Assembly (NCBI GenBank): GCA_045636045.1 | Contig: JAZTWT010000011.1 | Span: 1-63,449, forward strand | Direction: 5' to 3' | Length of the DNA: 63,449 nt | From: Candidatus Enterousia sp. | GTDB lineage: Bacteria; Pseudomonadota; Alphaproteobacteria; Rs-D84 | In this document: piece by piece, positions 36,602-45,306 of the stretch | Layout of the letters: every line of letters starts with the position of its first letter | Position numbering within the stretch: position 1 is the first letter of the stretch | Notes under the pieces: model-generated | Databases searched by the model: none | What the model was told of the DNA's origin: nothing | Seen by the model: the letters and a program-made list of their open reading frames with translations, nothing else | Program-made: the position numbers and the translations under genes

Positions 36602-38179
36602 TCACTTGGTTTTGGTCAATAAATCCTGGAACACCTGGACAATGGCTGCACGTTTATCAGGCGCAACCTGGCCACTTTCAAATGCACGCACGATATTTAT
36701 CGCCGGATTTCCCTGTTTCTTGATTCCGCAGAATGTTTCGATATCCTTTGGGAATCCGTATGAATAATCGGTCAGTGGTGAAAATTCTTGGCGTACTGCG
36801 ATATTATCGGCACGATTTGGATCGCCGTCCGTATCATATAAAACCGCATGACGAATATTGTAATTATTTAATACGCGTTGAAAGTACGGCATTGGCCATT
36901 TACCAACACAATCAATTACTGTGATATTTTGCGCAATATTCTGTGGCAAAGCGCCCGTTCGACGCAAATAGTTATACAGGGCATATTCGGTTGGCCCCTC
37001 CATCAAGACAACCTTGCGCGCAAAGAACATATCACTGCGTGGTCGGTCAAAATAAACCAAATTTTTTGCAGCCGACAGGTCAGAATCTGGAATTTTGTTC
37101 TGAAATACCTGGGTCTTGGTACCAATACGGTCAACCTTGATAACACTGTTTAAATCCATAATATCTTCGGATACCAGTTGGGACGAATGCGTTGTTGCAA
37201 TAACCTGGTTATTCGGCGAAGATGCAAAATTACGCAAATCTGTTGCCAAGTCTGAAATTGCACTGGGGTGCAGAGACACTTCTGGTTCTTCGAACAATAA
37301 TACATTTAATTCAGGCGAAAAGATTTTTTTCCCAAGCGCATGTTCTTCTTCTAATTTTTTTATTTCTTTATAGATATCTTCGAATTTGCGTCCTTTTTCT
37401 GTTGTCGTCAGGGTAAAATCACCAACATATTTGATTAATTCGGCAATAATCTTGCGTTGGGTACCAGTTCCAATCTGATTCAAATCCATTGTTCCGGCAC
37501 GATCACGAATACTGATTTCCATCATGAATTTTAACATTTCGCCAAATGATACAGAACGTGGTGCCACATCAACACCAACCCCCGTAGATGCAATCGCACG
37601 CGATATATTATCGCCAATTGGTCGGGTACATGATTTCATATGATTAAAAACTGGTTCGAATAATTCATCAAACCGTTTTTCCAGTCCCCCTTGTTTGGCA
37701 ACCAAATCCAATAAACTGTTCATTGCAGACGCACCAGATGTTTTAGTGCTTTCTTTGACACCAACAACTGCTGGCACATATATTAACTTGCCCAGCATTT
37801 CCGGTTTAAATTTGCGTGAACCATAGAAAGTTCCGCGCTCTATACCCTTTTTGGTATATCCACGAAAACCACTGCCACGTGTCAAATTCTTGTTGATACG
37901 CAATTTATTCTCTTCTATTTGGTATTTCTCGTCCAGTGACGCATATTCAACCGGCGTCAGGTCGTATTCCACTTCTATCCAGGCAGTGTCACCGGCATTT
38001 GCCTGTTTGCAAAAATCAGATTCTTCAAAGCGAATATCACCATAAAAACAGCGAATTGCATCAACAATATTACTTTTACCAACATTGTTTTCACCAACTA
38101 GAATCGAATAATCCTGAAACGATATAACCGCATCCTGAATCGAGCGATAGTTGTGAATATGAACTTTATTTATTTTCAT
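36602..38179 (-). CDS. OLD-family ATP-dependent nuclease (ABC-type ATPase + TOPRIM)
   Basis: N-terminus MKINKVHIHNYRSI...LVGENNVGKSN (Walker A), LLFEEPEVSLHP (Walker B/D-loop), and C-terminal TOPRIM VVLMEGPTEYALY...VLYDTDGD. Confidence 0.8.
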   Translation of the reverse strand: MKINKVHIHNYRSIQDAVISFQDYSILVGENNVGKSNIVDAIRCFYGDIRFEESDFCKQANAGDTAWIEVEYDLTPVEYASLDEKYQIEENKLRINKNLTRGSGFRGYTKKGIERGTFYGSRKFKPEMLGKLIYVPAVVGVKESTKTSGASAMNSLLDLVAKQGGLEKRFDELFEPVFNHMKSCTRPIGDNISRAIASTGVGVDVAPRSVSFGEMLKFMMEISIRDRAGTMDLNQIGTGTQRKIIAELIKYVGDFTLTTTEKGRKFEDIYKEIKKLEEEHALGKKIFSPELNVLLFEEPEVSLHPSAISDLATDLRNFASSPNNQVIATTHSSQLVSEDIMDLNSVIKVDRIGTKTQVFQNKIPDSDLSAAKNLVYFDRPRSDMFFARKVVLMEGPTEYALYNYLRRTGALPQNIAQNITVIDCVGKWPMPYFQRVLNNYNIRHAVLYDTDGDPNRADNIAVRQEFSPLTDYSYGFPKDIETFCGIKKQGNPAINIVRAFESGQVAPDKRAAIVQVFQDLLTKTK

Positions 38180-38279
38180 CTTTTTCCTTGTTTACCACTT
38201 GCTATGGTAGCAAACATGGAAGCATTGTCAACAAAAATATTGACAGATTTTATTTTTTGTACGCGTTGTCTTTTATTAC

Positions 38280-38298
38280 TGGTGGATGGTGAGGGATT
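38280..38298 (-). repeat. duplicate of the tRNA-Ser 3' end (att-like scar)
   Basis: TGGTGGATGGTGAGGGATT versus TGGCGGATGGTGAGGGATT at 38440-38458 (18 of 19 identical). Confidence 0.7.
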
Positions 38299-38439
38299 GG
38301 GTATTCCCATGTTCGTTTTCACTCCATGGGCCCCTTTCGCCTATGGCTCGAACCCCACGCGACTTTGTCGCTTGGGCGGGGGGTTCAAATCCGACCATCG
38401 CAACAAAAAATAAAATGCCCATTTTGGGCATTTGATTTA

Positions 38440-38529
38440 TGGCGGATGGTGAGGGATTCGAACCCCCGGTGGAGTTGCCCCCACAACGGTTTTCAAGACC
38501 GCCGCATTCGACCGCTCTGCCAACCATCC
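38440..38529 (-). tRNA. tRNA-Ser (anticodon TGA), CCA encoded
   Basis: The reverse complement reads GGATGGT..GCGGT-CTTGAAA-ACCGT..long variable arm..GGGGG-TTCGAAT-CCCTC-ACCATCC-G-CCA. Confidence 0.85.
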
Positions 38530-38643
38530 GAAACTGTTGTCCGTCGGTCTTTCAACCTACGGTTTTGGTACGTCGCTTGACTTTGTCACGCTTGTACTCC
38601 ACTTCGCTGGCGCTCGTAGTCAAGACACGCACGCCTCAACACA

Positions 38644-38667
38644 CTCTGCTAACCATCCGAAACTGTT
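38644..38667 (-). repeat. duplicate of the tRNA-Ser 5' end plus upstream flank (pseudo-tRNA fragment)
   Basis: CTCTGCTAACCATCCGAAACTGTT versus CTCTGCCAACCATCCGAAACTGTT at 38515-38538 (23 of 24 identical). The sequence 3' of it does not fold into a tRNA. Confidence 0.65.
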
Positions 38668-38700
38668 TTCCTATTTCAGTTCAACGGCGTGTATTGTACA

Positions 38701-39498
38701 TTATTTTTTTCGAATTGCAAACATAAAAATTAATGCGCCTGCAAAAAACATTATTAACGACAATAACTGCCCCATTGTCAGCCCCCACGATGTCAGAAAT
38801 CCAATCTGGACATCTGGCGCACGAAACAGTTCACAAAACATACGGAATAACGCATAAAGCATACCCATTATACCTGCAATCGCCCCAGGACAATCGCGCA
38901 GGCGCGTATGTTTGTACAAATAATACATTATTATGAACAGCAAAACGCCTTCGGTGGCGGATTCATATAATGGGCTGGGGTGACGTGGGATTGGTGTATC
39001 GCCATTAAATACAACCGCCCAGGACACATCGGTGGGGCGGCCCATCACCTCGCGATTAATAAAGTTTGCAATACGACCAAAGAACAGACCAATCGGTGCA
39101 CACACCGCCATTACATCCAATACAGACCATGGATTTAATTTCTGAGACCGCGCAAATAAGAATGTGGATACAATAACACCAATTAGGCCACCATGAAAAC
39201 TCATCCCACCATGCCATACGGCAAATATTTCCAACGGATGTGTCAGGAAATATCCCAGGTCATAGAATATCACATACCCAAGGCGCCCACCCAAAATCAC
39301 CCCAAACACAACCCAGGTCAATAAATCATCCAATTGTTTCTTTGTCAGTTTTATCGCACTATATGGGGAATTCATCAATCGTTTAAACAGCCAGTACCCC
39401 AATACAAACCCGGCAACATATGCCAATGCGTACCAGCGCACATCCAGTCCAAACAGACTAAACGCAACCGGTGAAATTGGATTTAATGTTATAGCCAC
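38701..39498 (-). CDS. lgt: prolipoprotein diacylglyceryl transferase
   Basis: Motifs RWYALAYVAGF, GGRLGY, HGGMSFHGG, GRIANFINRE..GR and PSPLYE. It apparently uses a GTG start. Confidence 0.9.
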   Translation of the reverse strand: MAITLNPISPVAFSLFGLDVRWYALAYVAGFVLGYWLFKRLMNSPYSAIKLTKKQLDDLLTWVVFGVILGGRLGYVIFYDLGYFLTHPLEIFAVWHGGMSFHGGLIGVIVSTFLFARSQKLNPWSVLDVMAVCAPIGLFFGRIANFINREVMGRPTDVSWAVVFNGDTPIPRHPSPLYESATEGVLLFIIMYYLYKHTRLRDCPGAIAGIMGMLYALFRMFCELFRAPDVQIGFLTSWGLTMGQLLSLIMFFAGALIFMFAIRKK

Positions 39499-39519
39499 AG
39501 CACCCCCCGATAAAATTTT

Positions 39520-39774
39520 TTAGCGAGTTTTTTGCAACGTTCCCTGCATGTTTGCAATCGCCTTTTCCAGACCAGCCAGGCGTCGTGCCTGAAATTCATT
39601 CAACTGTGGTAATGAACGCAACATTTCCGCTTCGCGCATGTATTGTTGACATTTTATATTCAGTGTACCCAAACCGCTTTGACGTTTAATCTGTTGTTGC
39701 AAACATTCATCATCATGTCTTAGATCACGAATAATGCCACGAATGTGTCTGGCATGTTGTTCTGTTGATGCCAT
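39520..39774 (-). CDS. small hypothetical coiled-coil protein (84 aa)
   Basis: It starts 1 nt after the stop of the upstream 85-aa ORF. No motif recognised. Confidence 0.35.
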   Translation of the reverse strand: MASTEQHARHIRGIIRDLRHDDECLQQQIKRQSGLGTLNIKCQQYMREAEMLRSLPQLNEFQARRLAGLEKAIANMQGTLQKTR

Positions 39775-39775
39775 A

Positions 39776-40033
39776 TTACATATCCTTAATCTTTGCGTCT
39801 GCCAACAGTTTCTCTAGTGCCTGTGTGGCATTTTCCAAAATTTCTTCTGCTTTTTTAAGCCGTTTTTCTGTCGCACCATTTGGATGGTCCAACAATTCCA
39901 AATTCTTATCAATCGCATCCCTGAAGAAAGCAATTTTTTGTGCTGTGCTTAACGGCATTTTTAAATCATCTTTTTTTCCAATTTCGCGAATTCTTTGCGC
40001 GCGTTCACGGCAATATTTATTTAATCCACTCAT
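39776..40033 (-). CDS. small hypothetical coiled-coil protein (85 aa)
   Basis: ORF with a plausible start. No motif recognised. Confidence 0.35.
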   Translation of the reverse strand: MSGLNKYCRERAQRIREIGKKDDLKMPLSTAQKIAFFRDAIDKNLELLDHPNGATEKRLKKAEEILENATQALEKLLADAKIKDM

Positions 40034-40107
40034 TTTGTTATCCTTTTAATCTTGAAATACCCATTATATTGTATTATATATTTATCAAATAACAAGGAGA
40101 AAGATTT

Positions 40108-40821
40108 ATGAAACAAATTAAGTCTGCAACGCAATCTGGTGGCATAGAATTATATCTGAAACGCATATTTGCGTTGATGTTTGGTGCAGTTGGCGTGACG
40201 GCTGTGGCTGCATATATGACAATTTGGGGCGGTGGATTACAGTATCTGTTTAATTTTCACACCGGGGGCATGTCTGGGTTGTATTATGTATTGCTGTTTG
40301 GTGGGTTGGCATTATCAATATGGGCTCAGGTACGCGTGTTTAATATGAAACCAGCAACAGCGGCCGGATTGTTGATGCTGTACGCGGTGCTGATTGGCGT
40401 GACGATGACACCGTTGATTGCGGTTGCGTTATCTGTTAATCCAGGCTCAATCCTGATGGCGTTTATTGTGGCGGCATTGATGTTTGCATGTATGGCAGTG
40501 TTTGGATATAAAACCGTCAAGGATTTGTCGTTCATGGGAATATTCTTGACCATGGGTATGATTGGATTGATTTTGGTTGGCGTGCTATCCTTTATTTGGC
40601 CGGCGATGATGGGGGGCACATTTGGGACAATTGTATGCTTTATCGGCGTGTTGGTGTTCGCACTGTTTACCGCATACGATATGCAAAACCTGAAACGTGC
40701 ATACGCTGTTCTAGGGGACAGCAACCAAAAAAATCAGTTGGCTGTATTGGGTGCGTTGCATTTGTATATATCTTTCGTTGCAATGTTCCAGTATCTGTTA
40801 AGTCTGTTCAATCGTGAATAA
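40108..40821 (+). CDS. BAX inhibitor-1 / YccA family membrane protein
   Basis: SD AAGGAGA. Seven hydrophobic segments and a C-terminal ..YDMQNLK......A.LGAL.LY..F..+F pattern. Confidence 0.8.
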   Translation: MKQIKSATQSGGIELYLKRIFALMFGAVGVTAVAAYMTIWGGGLQYLFNFHTGGMSGLYYVLLFGGLALSIWAQVRVFNMKPATAAGLLMLYAVLIGVTMTPLIAVALSVNPGSILMAFIVAALMFACMAVFGYKTVKDLSFMGIFLTMGMIGLILVGVLSFIWPAMMGGTFGTIVCFIGVLVFALFTAYDMQNLKRAYAVLGDSNQKNQLAVLGALHLYISFVAMFQYLLSLFNRE

Positions 40822-40839
40822 TATATTAAGGAGAAAAAA

Positions 40840-41019
40840 ATGGCTTATAAAATCGACCAAAGTAAATGTATCGGATGTCACACATGTATGGGAATGTGTC
40901 CAGTATGTGCAATATCAACAGGCCCGGACGGCAAATGTGTAATCGACCCCAGCAAATGTATTTCATGCGGAACATGCGCATCAATCTGTCCGGTTGGCGC
41001 GATTGCACCAGATGCATAA
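40840..41019 (+). CDS. 2x[4Fe-4S] ferredoxin (59 aa, below the ORF-track cutoff)
   Basis: Hand translation gives MAYKIDQSKCIGCHTCMGMCPVCAISTGPDGKCVIDPSKCISCGTCASICPVGAIAPDA. It contains two CxxCxxCxxxCP motifs and is preceded by SD AAGGAGA. Confidence 0.8.
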   Translation: MAYKIDQSKCIGCHTCMGMCPVCAISTGPDGKCVIDPSKCISCGTCASICPVGAIAPDA

Positions 41020-41135
41020 AAATCTGATTTAAACCGCCAAACCGGCGGTTTTTTTGTCGCCCATCACGCTTGACAATGTATAATTTTGTGCTACACTAAA
41101 TCAAAAAGAAATAAATAACAAAAAAGGCGTAAAAG

Positions 41136-41570
41136 ATGGACACAAGAAGCTTTGTATATTCAATCATCAGTAGTAAAACAGGTATGAAAAACATATCAGA
41201 TACGCAAAAACTGCGTGATGATTTAGGACTGGATTCATTGGATCAATTACAATTAATCACGCAAATCGAAGATGAATATAGACTGCCAGAAATAACCAGT
41301 GAAAAAATGAGCGTAATTCAAACTGTCGGCGATTTGATTAATGTGATTGAAGCAACAGACACCAAGCCAATGATTATAAAAAATAATACACCATCTTTAA
41401 AACTGTACACAATAAAGGCCAATGTTCCATATTGCAAAATCACAGAAAAAAAATGCGACAAACTGCGCCCAACCATGGGCATCAGAAATTTTAGTGATTG
41501 CAGTCCTGAACGATGCAAAATCGCAAAAAATGTTTTAAAGATAATGTCAGAAACACAAAAAACAAAATAA
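41136..41570 (+). CDS. acyl carrier protein domain fused to a Cys-containing C-terminal extension
   Basis: The phosphopantetheine site context LGLDSLDQLQLITQIEDEY lies in the first ~80 aa. A further ~65 aa with 4 Cys (YCKITEKKCDK...DCSPERCK) follow. Confidence 0.55.
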   Translation: MDTRSFVYSIISSKTGMKNISDTQKLRDDLGLDSLDQLQLITQIEDEYRLPEITSEKMSVIQTVGDLINVIEATDTKPMIIKNNTPSLKLYTIKANVPYCKITEKKCDKLRPTMGIRNFSDCSPERCKIAKNVLKIMSETQKTK

Positions 41571-41665
41571 TTTTGAAATACTTTCTTTCAAATAAAAAAC
41601 ATTCCCCCAGTTGGGGGAATTTTTGTGTTGTTATTTTTTTCTAAATGTTTTAAATTTTCATCATC

Positions 41666-43897
41666 ATGAGTAAGGAAATTATCGAAAACATTGATTCACA
41701 GCAGTTATCTGACGCTTTGTCGGAACGCTATTTGTCCTATGCGGTTAGCACGATTGTATCGCGCGCCCTGCCCGATGTTCGTGACGGTTTAAAACCTGTA
41801 CATCGTCGAATATTATATTCTATGTTGCGCCAGAAATTGGCCCCAAACGCCGCATTCCGAAAATGCGCGACTGTCGTTGGCGATGTGTTGGGTCATTATC
41901 ACCCACACGGGGATTCATCTGTTTATGATGCGATGGTTCGTCTGGCCCAGGATTTCTCTGTGCGGTACCCGTTGATCGATGGTCAAGGAAACTTTGGTAA
42001 TATTGACGGCGACCCCCAGGCGGCATATCGATACACAGAATCAAAAATGACAGATGCAGCCATGCTGATTATGGAAGGTCTGGATGAAAACAGCGTGGAT
42101 ATGATGCCGAACTTTGATGGCACAACGGTTGAACCAATGGTTATGCCGGGCGCATTTCCAAACCTGTTGGCGAATGGCGGAATGGGAATCGCAGTGGGTA
42201 TGGCAACAAATATCCCAACGCATAATGTGGCCGAAGTTTGCGATGCATTAAACCTGGTTGTGGACCGCCCAGATGCAACAACCGCCCAGATTATAAAAAA
42301 AATGATTGGCCCCGATTTTCCAACTGGCGGTGTATTAATTGACAGTTTTGACACAATCGTTAAAAACTATGATACGGGGCGTGGGGCATTTCGTGTTCGT
42401 GCGCGATGGGGAATCGAAGAGTTGGAACGTGGCGCATGGCAGGTTGTTGTTTCAGAAATCCCGTACGGAATTGTTAAATCAAAATTAGTCGAACAGATTG
42501 CAACACTGATTGACGGGAAAAAATTACCACTGGTTGATGATATTGTCGATGAATCTACAACTGATGTGCGTATTGTTATCACACCAAAATCACGCAATAT
42601 CCCAGCAGATAAAATGATGGCACACCTGTTCGCTATGACAGATTTGGAATCACGATTTAACATGAACTTTAATGTTATTGATTCCAAGGGCGCGCCACGC
42701 GTTATGCCGATTGGCGATGTGCTGCGCGAATTTGTCGCACACCAAAAAAGCGTTTTATGCCGTCGTACACAGTGGCGATTAAATAACATTGCACGCAGAT
42801 TAGAAATCCTGGGGGGATTGTTGGTCGTATACCTGAATCTGGATCGTGTTATAGAAATCATACGCAACGAAGATGATGCCAAGGGCGTATTGATGGCAGA
42901 ATTTAATTTAACAGAAATTCAGGTAGAGGCAATATTGAACACACGTCTGCGTTCATTGCGAAAACTGGAAGAAATGGAAATTAAGCGCGAAGACGCCGAA
43001 CTGCGCGCCGAGCAAGAACAACTGCAGGCACTGCTGGCCAGTGACGATGCACAAAACGAACAATTAAAAGCATGGTTTAATGACATTAAAAAAACCTATG
43101 ATAAAAAGACCAAACTGGGCAGGCGTCGTACAACATGGACAGAGCAAACCGAAGAAATTGTTGTGAACGCGGACGAATTTATTGAAAAAGAACCGATGAC
43201 AATTATTCTGTCTAAGATGGGATGGATTCGTGCCGCCAAAGGACATATGGATTTGAATGCATTGGATTTAAAATTCAAAGAAGGCGATGAATTACAAACT
43301 GCGTTCCATGCACAATCAACAGATAAAATCAATTTGTTTGCAACAATGGGTAAAATGTTCACACTGTCCGCAAACGAATTGCCGTCTGCACGTGGATTTG
43401 GTGAATCTGTACGCATGATGGCGGACATTGGTGCAGACGAAGAAATTGTATGCGCGTTTGTGTTGGATGTTAATGCAAAATACTTGGTTGTATCACGTCA
43501 TGGGAATGGATTTATCATCCCGGGCGATGCATGCATTGCACAAACCAAGAACGGAAAACAGGTTATGAATGTTGATGAAAAAAATCTGGCACACATGTGT
43601 GTACCTGTATCAGGAAATATGATTGCAATGTCAGGTTCAAATGATAAATTGCTGATATTCCAGACAGATGAAGTCCCACAGATGTCACGTGGCAAGGGGG
43701 TAATTCTGCAAAAATACAACGCAGAACGCACTTATGTACTGGACATCATGTTCTTTGACGAAGCAGATGGGTTCGGATGGACAACAGGACGCGGCACGAC
43801 CAAGGTTGAAAACTGGACACCGTGGCGCGGCAAGCGCGCATCACAGGGACGAACTGTACCGGTCGGATTCCCACGCAGCGGTAAATTTGGAAAATAA
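41666..43897 (+). CDS. parC: DNA topoisomerase IV subunit A
   Basis: GyrA/ParC N-terminus [17 protein letters not shown], active-site AAYRYTE, and 743 aa (ParC-sized, no GyrA box seen). Confidence 0.8.
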   Translation: MSKEIIENIDSQQLSDALSERYLSYAVSTIVSRALPDVRDGLKPVHRRILYSMLRQKLAPNAAFRKCATVVGDVLGHYHPHGDSSVYDAMVRLAQDFSVRYPLIDGQGNFGNIDGDPQAAYRYTESKMTDAAMLIMEGLDENSVDMMPNFDGTTVEPMVMPGAFPNLLANGGMGIAVGMATNIPTHNVAEVCDALNLVVDRPDATTAQIIKKMIGPDFPTGGVLIDSFDTIVKNYDTGRGAFRVRARWGIEELERGAWQVVVSEIPYGIVKSKLVEQIATLIDGKKLPLVDDIVDESTTDVRIVITPKSRNIPADKMMAHLFAMTDLESRFNMNFNVIDSKGAPRVMPIGDVLREFVAHQKSVLCRRTQWRLNNIARRLEILGGLLVVYLNLDRVIEIIRNEDDAKGVLMAEFNLTEIQVEAILNTRLRSLRKLEEMEIKREDAELRAEQEQLQALLASDDAQNEQLKAWFNDIKKTYDKKTKLGRRRTTWTEQTEEIVVNADEFIEKEPMTIILSKMGWIRAAKGHMDLNALDLKFKEGDELQTAFHAQSTDKINLFATMGKMFTLSANELPSARGFGESVRMMADIGADEEIVCAFVLDVNAKYLVVSRHGNGFIIPGDACIAQTKNGKQVMNVDEKNLAHMCVPVSGNMIAMSGSNDKLLIFQTDEVPQMSRGKGVILQKYNAERTYVLDIMFFDEADGFGWTTGRGTTKVENWTPWRGKRASQGRTVPVGFPRSGKFGK

Positions 43898-44177
43898 AAA
43901 AAATCCCCATTTTGGGATTTTTTTTATAAAAATTCTTGAAAGTCTGTAAAATTTAATTTATTATTTGCCACGTACTTTGGTTCCCTGTGTTTTCGGGGCG
44001 GGCTGCCGAAATAAATAAATGGCAAGTCGGGGCGTTTTGTTTATCAAAATTGTCTGAATGTACGTCGTGATTTTTATTGCACGATGAACCAATCAAAAAA
44101 AAGAAAAAAGTTCGATTATTAACTGTGCAGCACATACCGATGCGCGTAATGCTGTTTTGATTGCAAAGGAGATCATA

Positions 44178-45281
44178 TTGAAATCTAAATTTAAATTCAT
44201 CGTACCTTATTTACTGCTGGGGGCCACGATTATCGGGCCATCTGCAACCATGGCACCAGACAACACACAAACAGAAGATAAAAAAATAAAGGTATTTACA
44301 CCTGTTGTCGAACCGATACGATATATATACGAAGAAGAGTATAAGAAAAACTCTTTTTATTTGGAAAATAAAGCAGACAGCCTGTGCAATGCGTATATAC
44401 AAAACATGCTGGATGCGCAACAAAAATTAAAACCATTAATGGGCACACGCCGATACGCACGCGCCGTACGCGAAGAATTACCAGGCGCCCCTGTTGGACA
44501 GCATTGCATGTACGGGCAATTCACACATTTGATGCGCGCACTGGATGAAATGGGCGATACACTGACCATTATCCCAGAGGATGCAAAAATGGCGTGCATT
44601 AATTTTAAACATTATATGCGCGAAAAATATGCCCAAACACCATCATGCATACACGAAGGCGTTATGCACAAATCTGATTCCGCGTATAATACGGCACTGG
44701 ATAGATATTTAAGGGCAAAAAACGTAACCATAAACACAGATGATTCTATTCGCAAAAAGCATATCGCGCGTTTTGCAGAAAAGAATTTCAACGCAGACGC
44801 AATCGCACCAGGCGCAATTATGATTGTTCCACGATACAGAGGCAGCAAAAATACATTTCACGCAATAATGTTCCTGGGGCGCGGTCGTGTAGAAAACGGC
44901 ATTTTCATCCCAGATTCAACAGCCCAACACATTTATGTTGGACATAATCGTGAAAATATTGGTGATTTGTTTCGCACTTTTGACACAACAAATGTTTTTG
45001 CAGCAAACACCAAAAATATTGCATTAGCAGAATACAGGCATGAATTAAAAAAAATAGAATCAATGTCAGATGCTGAATTGATTCAATATCTGATGCCGAT
45101 GCAACAACTTTATTTTGAGTATGCCACACATGACATGTTATTACATATGGCACGCAACAAGTACTTTAACCAACCATTAATAACAGACAAAATGAAGTTC
45201 CATGATTTTATAAGCACCACTATGTTGAATGTAAAATTTAGCGAATTCGCACGCAGCAATAACAATCAGAAAACATTATAA
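44178..45281 (+). CDS. secreted hypothetical protein
   Basis: In-frame TTG at 44178 lies 6 nt after AAGGAG and gives a signal-peptide-like start MKSKFKFIVPYLLLGATIIGPSATMA. The ORF track starts at TTG 44157. Confidence 0.45.
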   Translation: MKSKFKFIVPYLLLGATIIGPSATMAPDNTQTEDKKIKVFTPVVEPIRYIYEEEYKKNSFYLENKADSLCNAYIQNMLDAQQKLKPLMGTRRYARAVREELPGAPVGQHCMYGQFTHLMRALDEMGDTLTIIPEDAKMACINFKHYMREKYAQTPSCIHEGVMHKSDSAYNTALDRYLRAKNVTINTDDSIRKKHIARFAEKNFNADAIAPGAIMIVPRYRGSKNTFHAIMFLGRGRVENGIFIPDSTAQHIYVGHNRENIGDLFRTFDTTNVFAANTKNIALAEYRHELKKIESMSDAELIQYLMPMQQLYFEYATHDMLLHMARNKYFNQPLITDKMKFHDFISTTMLNVKFSEFARSNNNQKTL

Positions 45282-45282
45282 A

Positions 45283-45300
45283 AACCGCCATTTGGCGGTT
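45283..45300. terminator. bidirectional terminator AACCGCCA-TT-TGGCGGTT
   Basis: Palindrome with flanking A/T runs, between convergent genes. Confidence 0.75.
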
Positions 45301-45306
45301 TTTATT

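Noticed and set aside
38299-38439. Possible tRNA or two-piece tmRNA in the spacer next to tRNA-Ser (T-loop-like GGTTCAAATCC and GGTTCGAGCC strings).
   Set aside because: I could not build complementary T-stems or acceptor stems, and I found no CCA-adjacent acceptor, resume codon or tag ORF. These look like degenerate tRNA fragments.
38276-38857. Several 83-106-aa ORFs on both strands across the tRNA-Ser region.
   Set aside because: They overlap a tRNA and its duplicated fragments, have no SDs, and contain typical tRNA-derived peptide strings.
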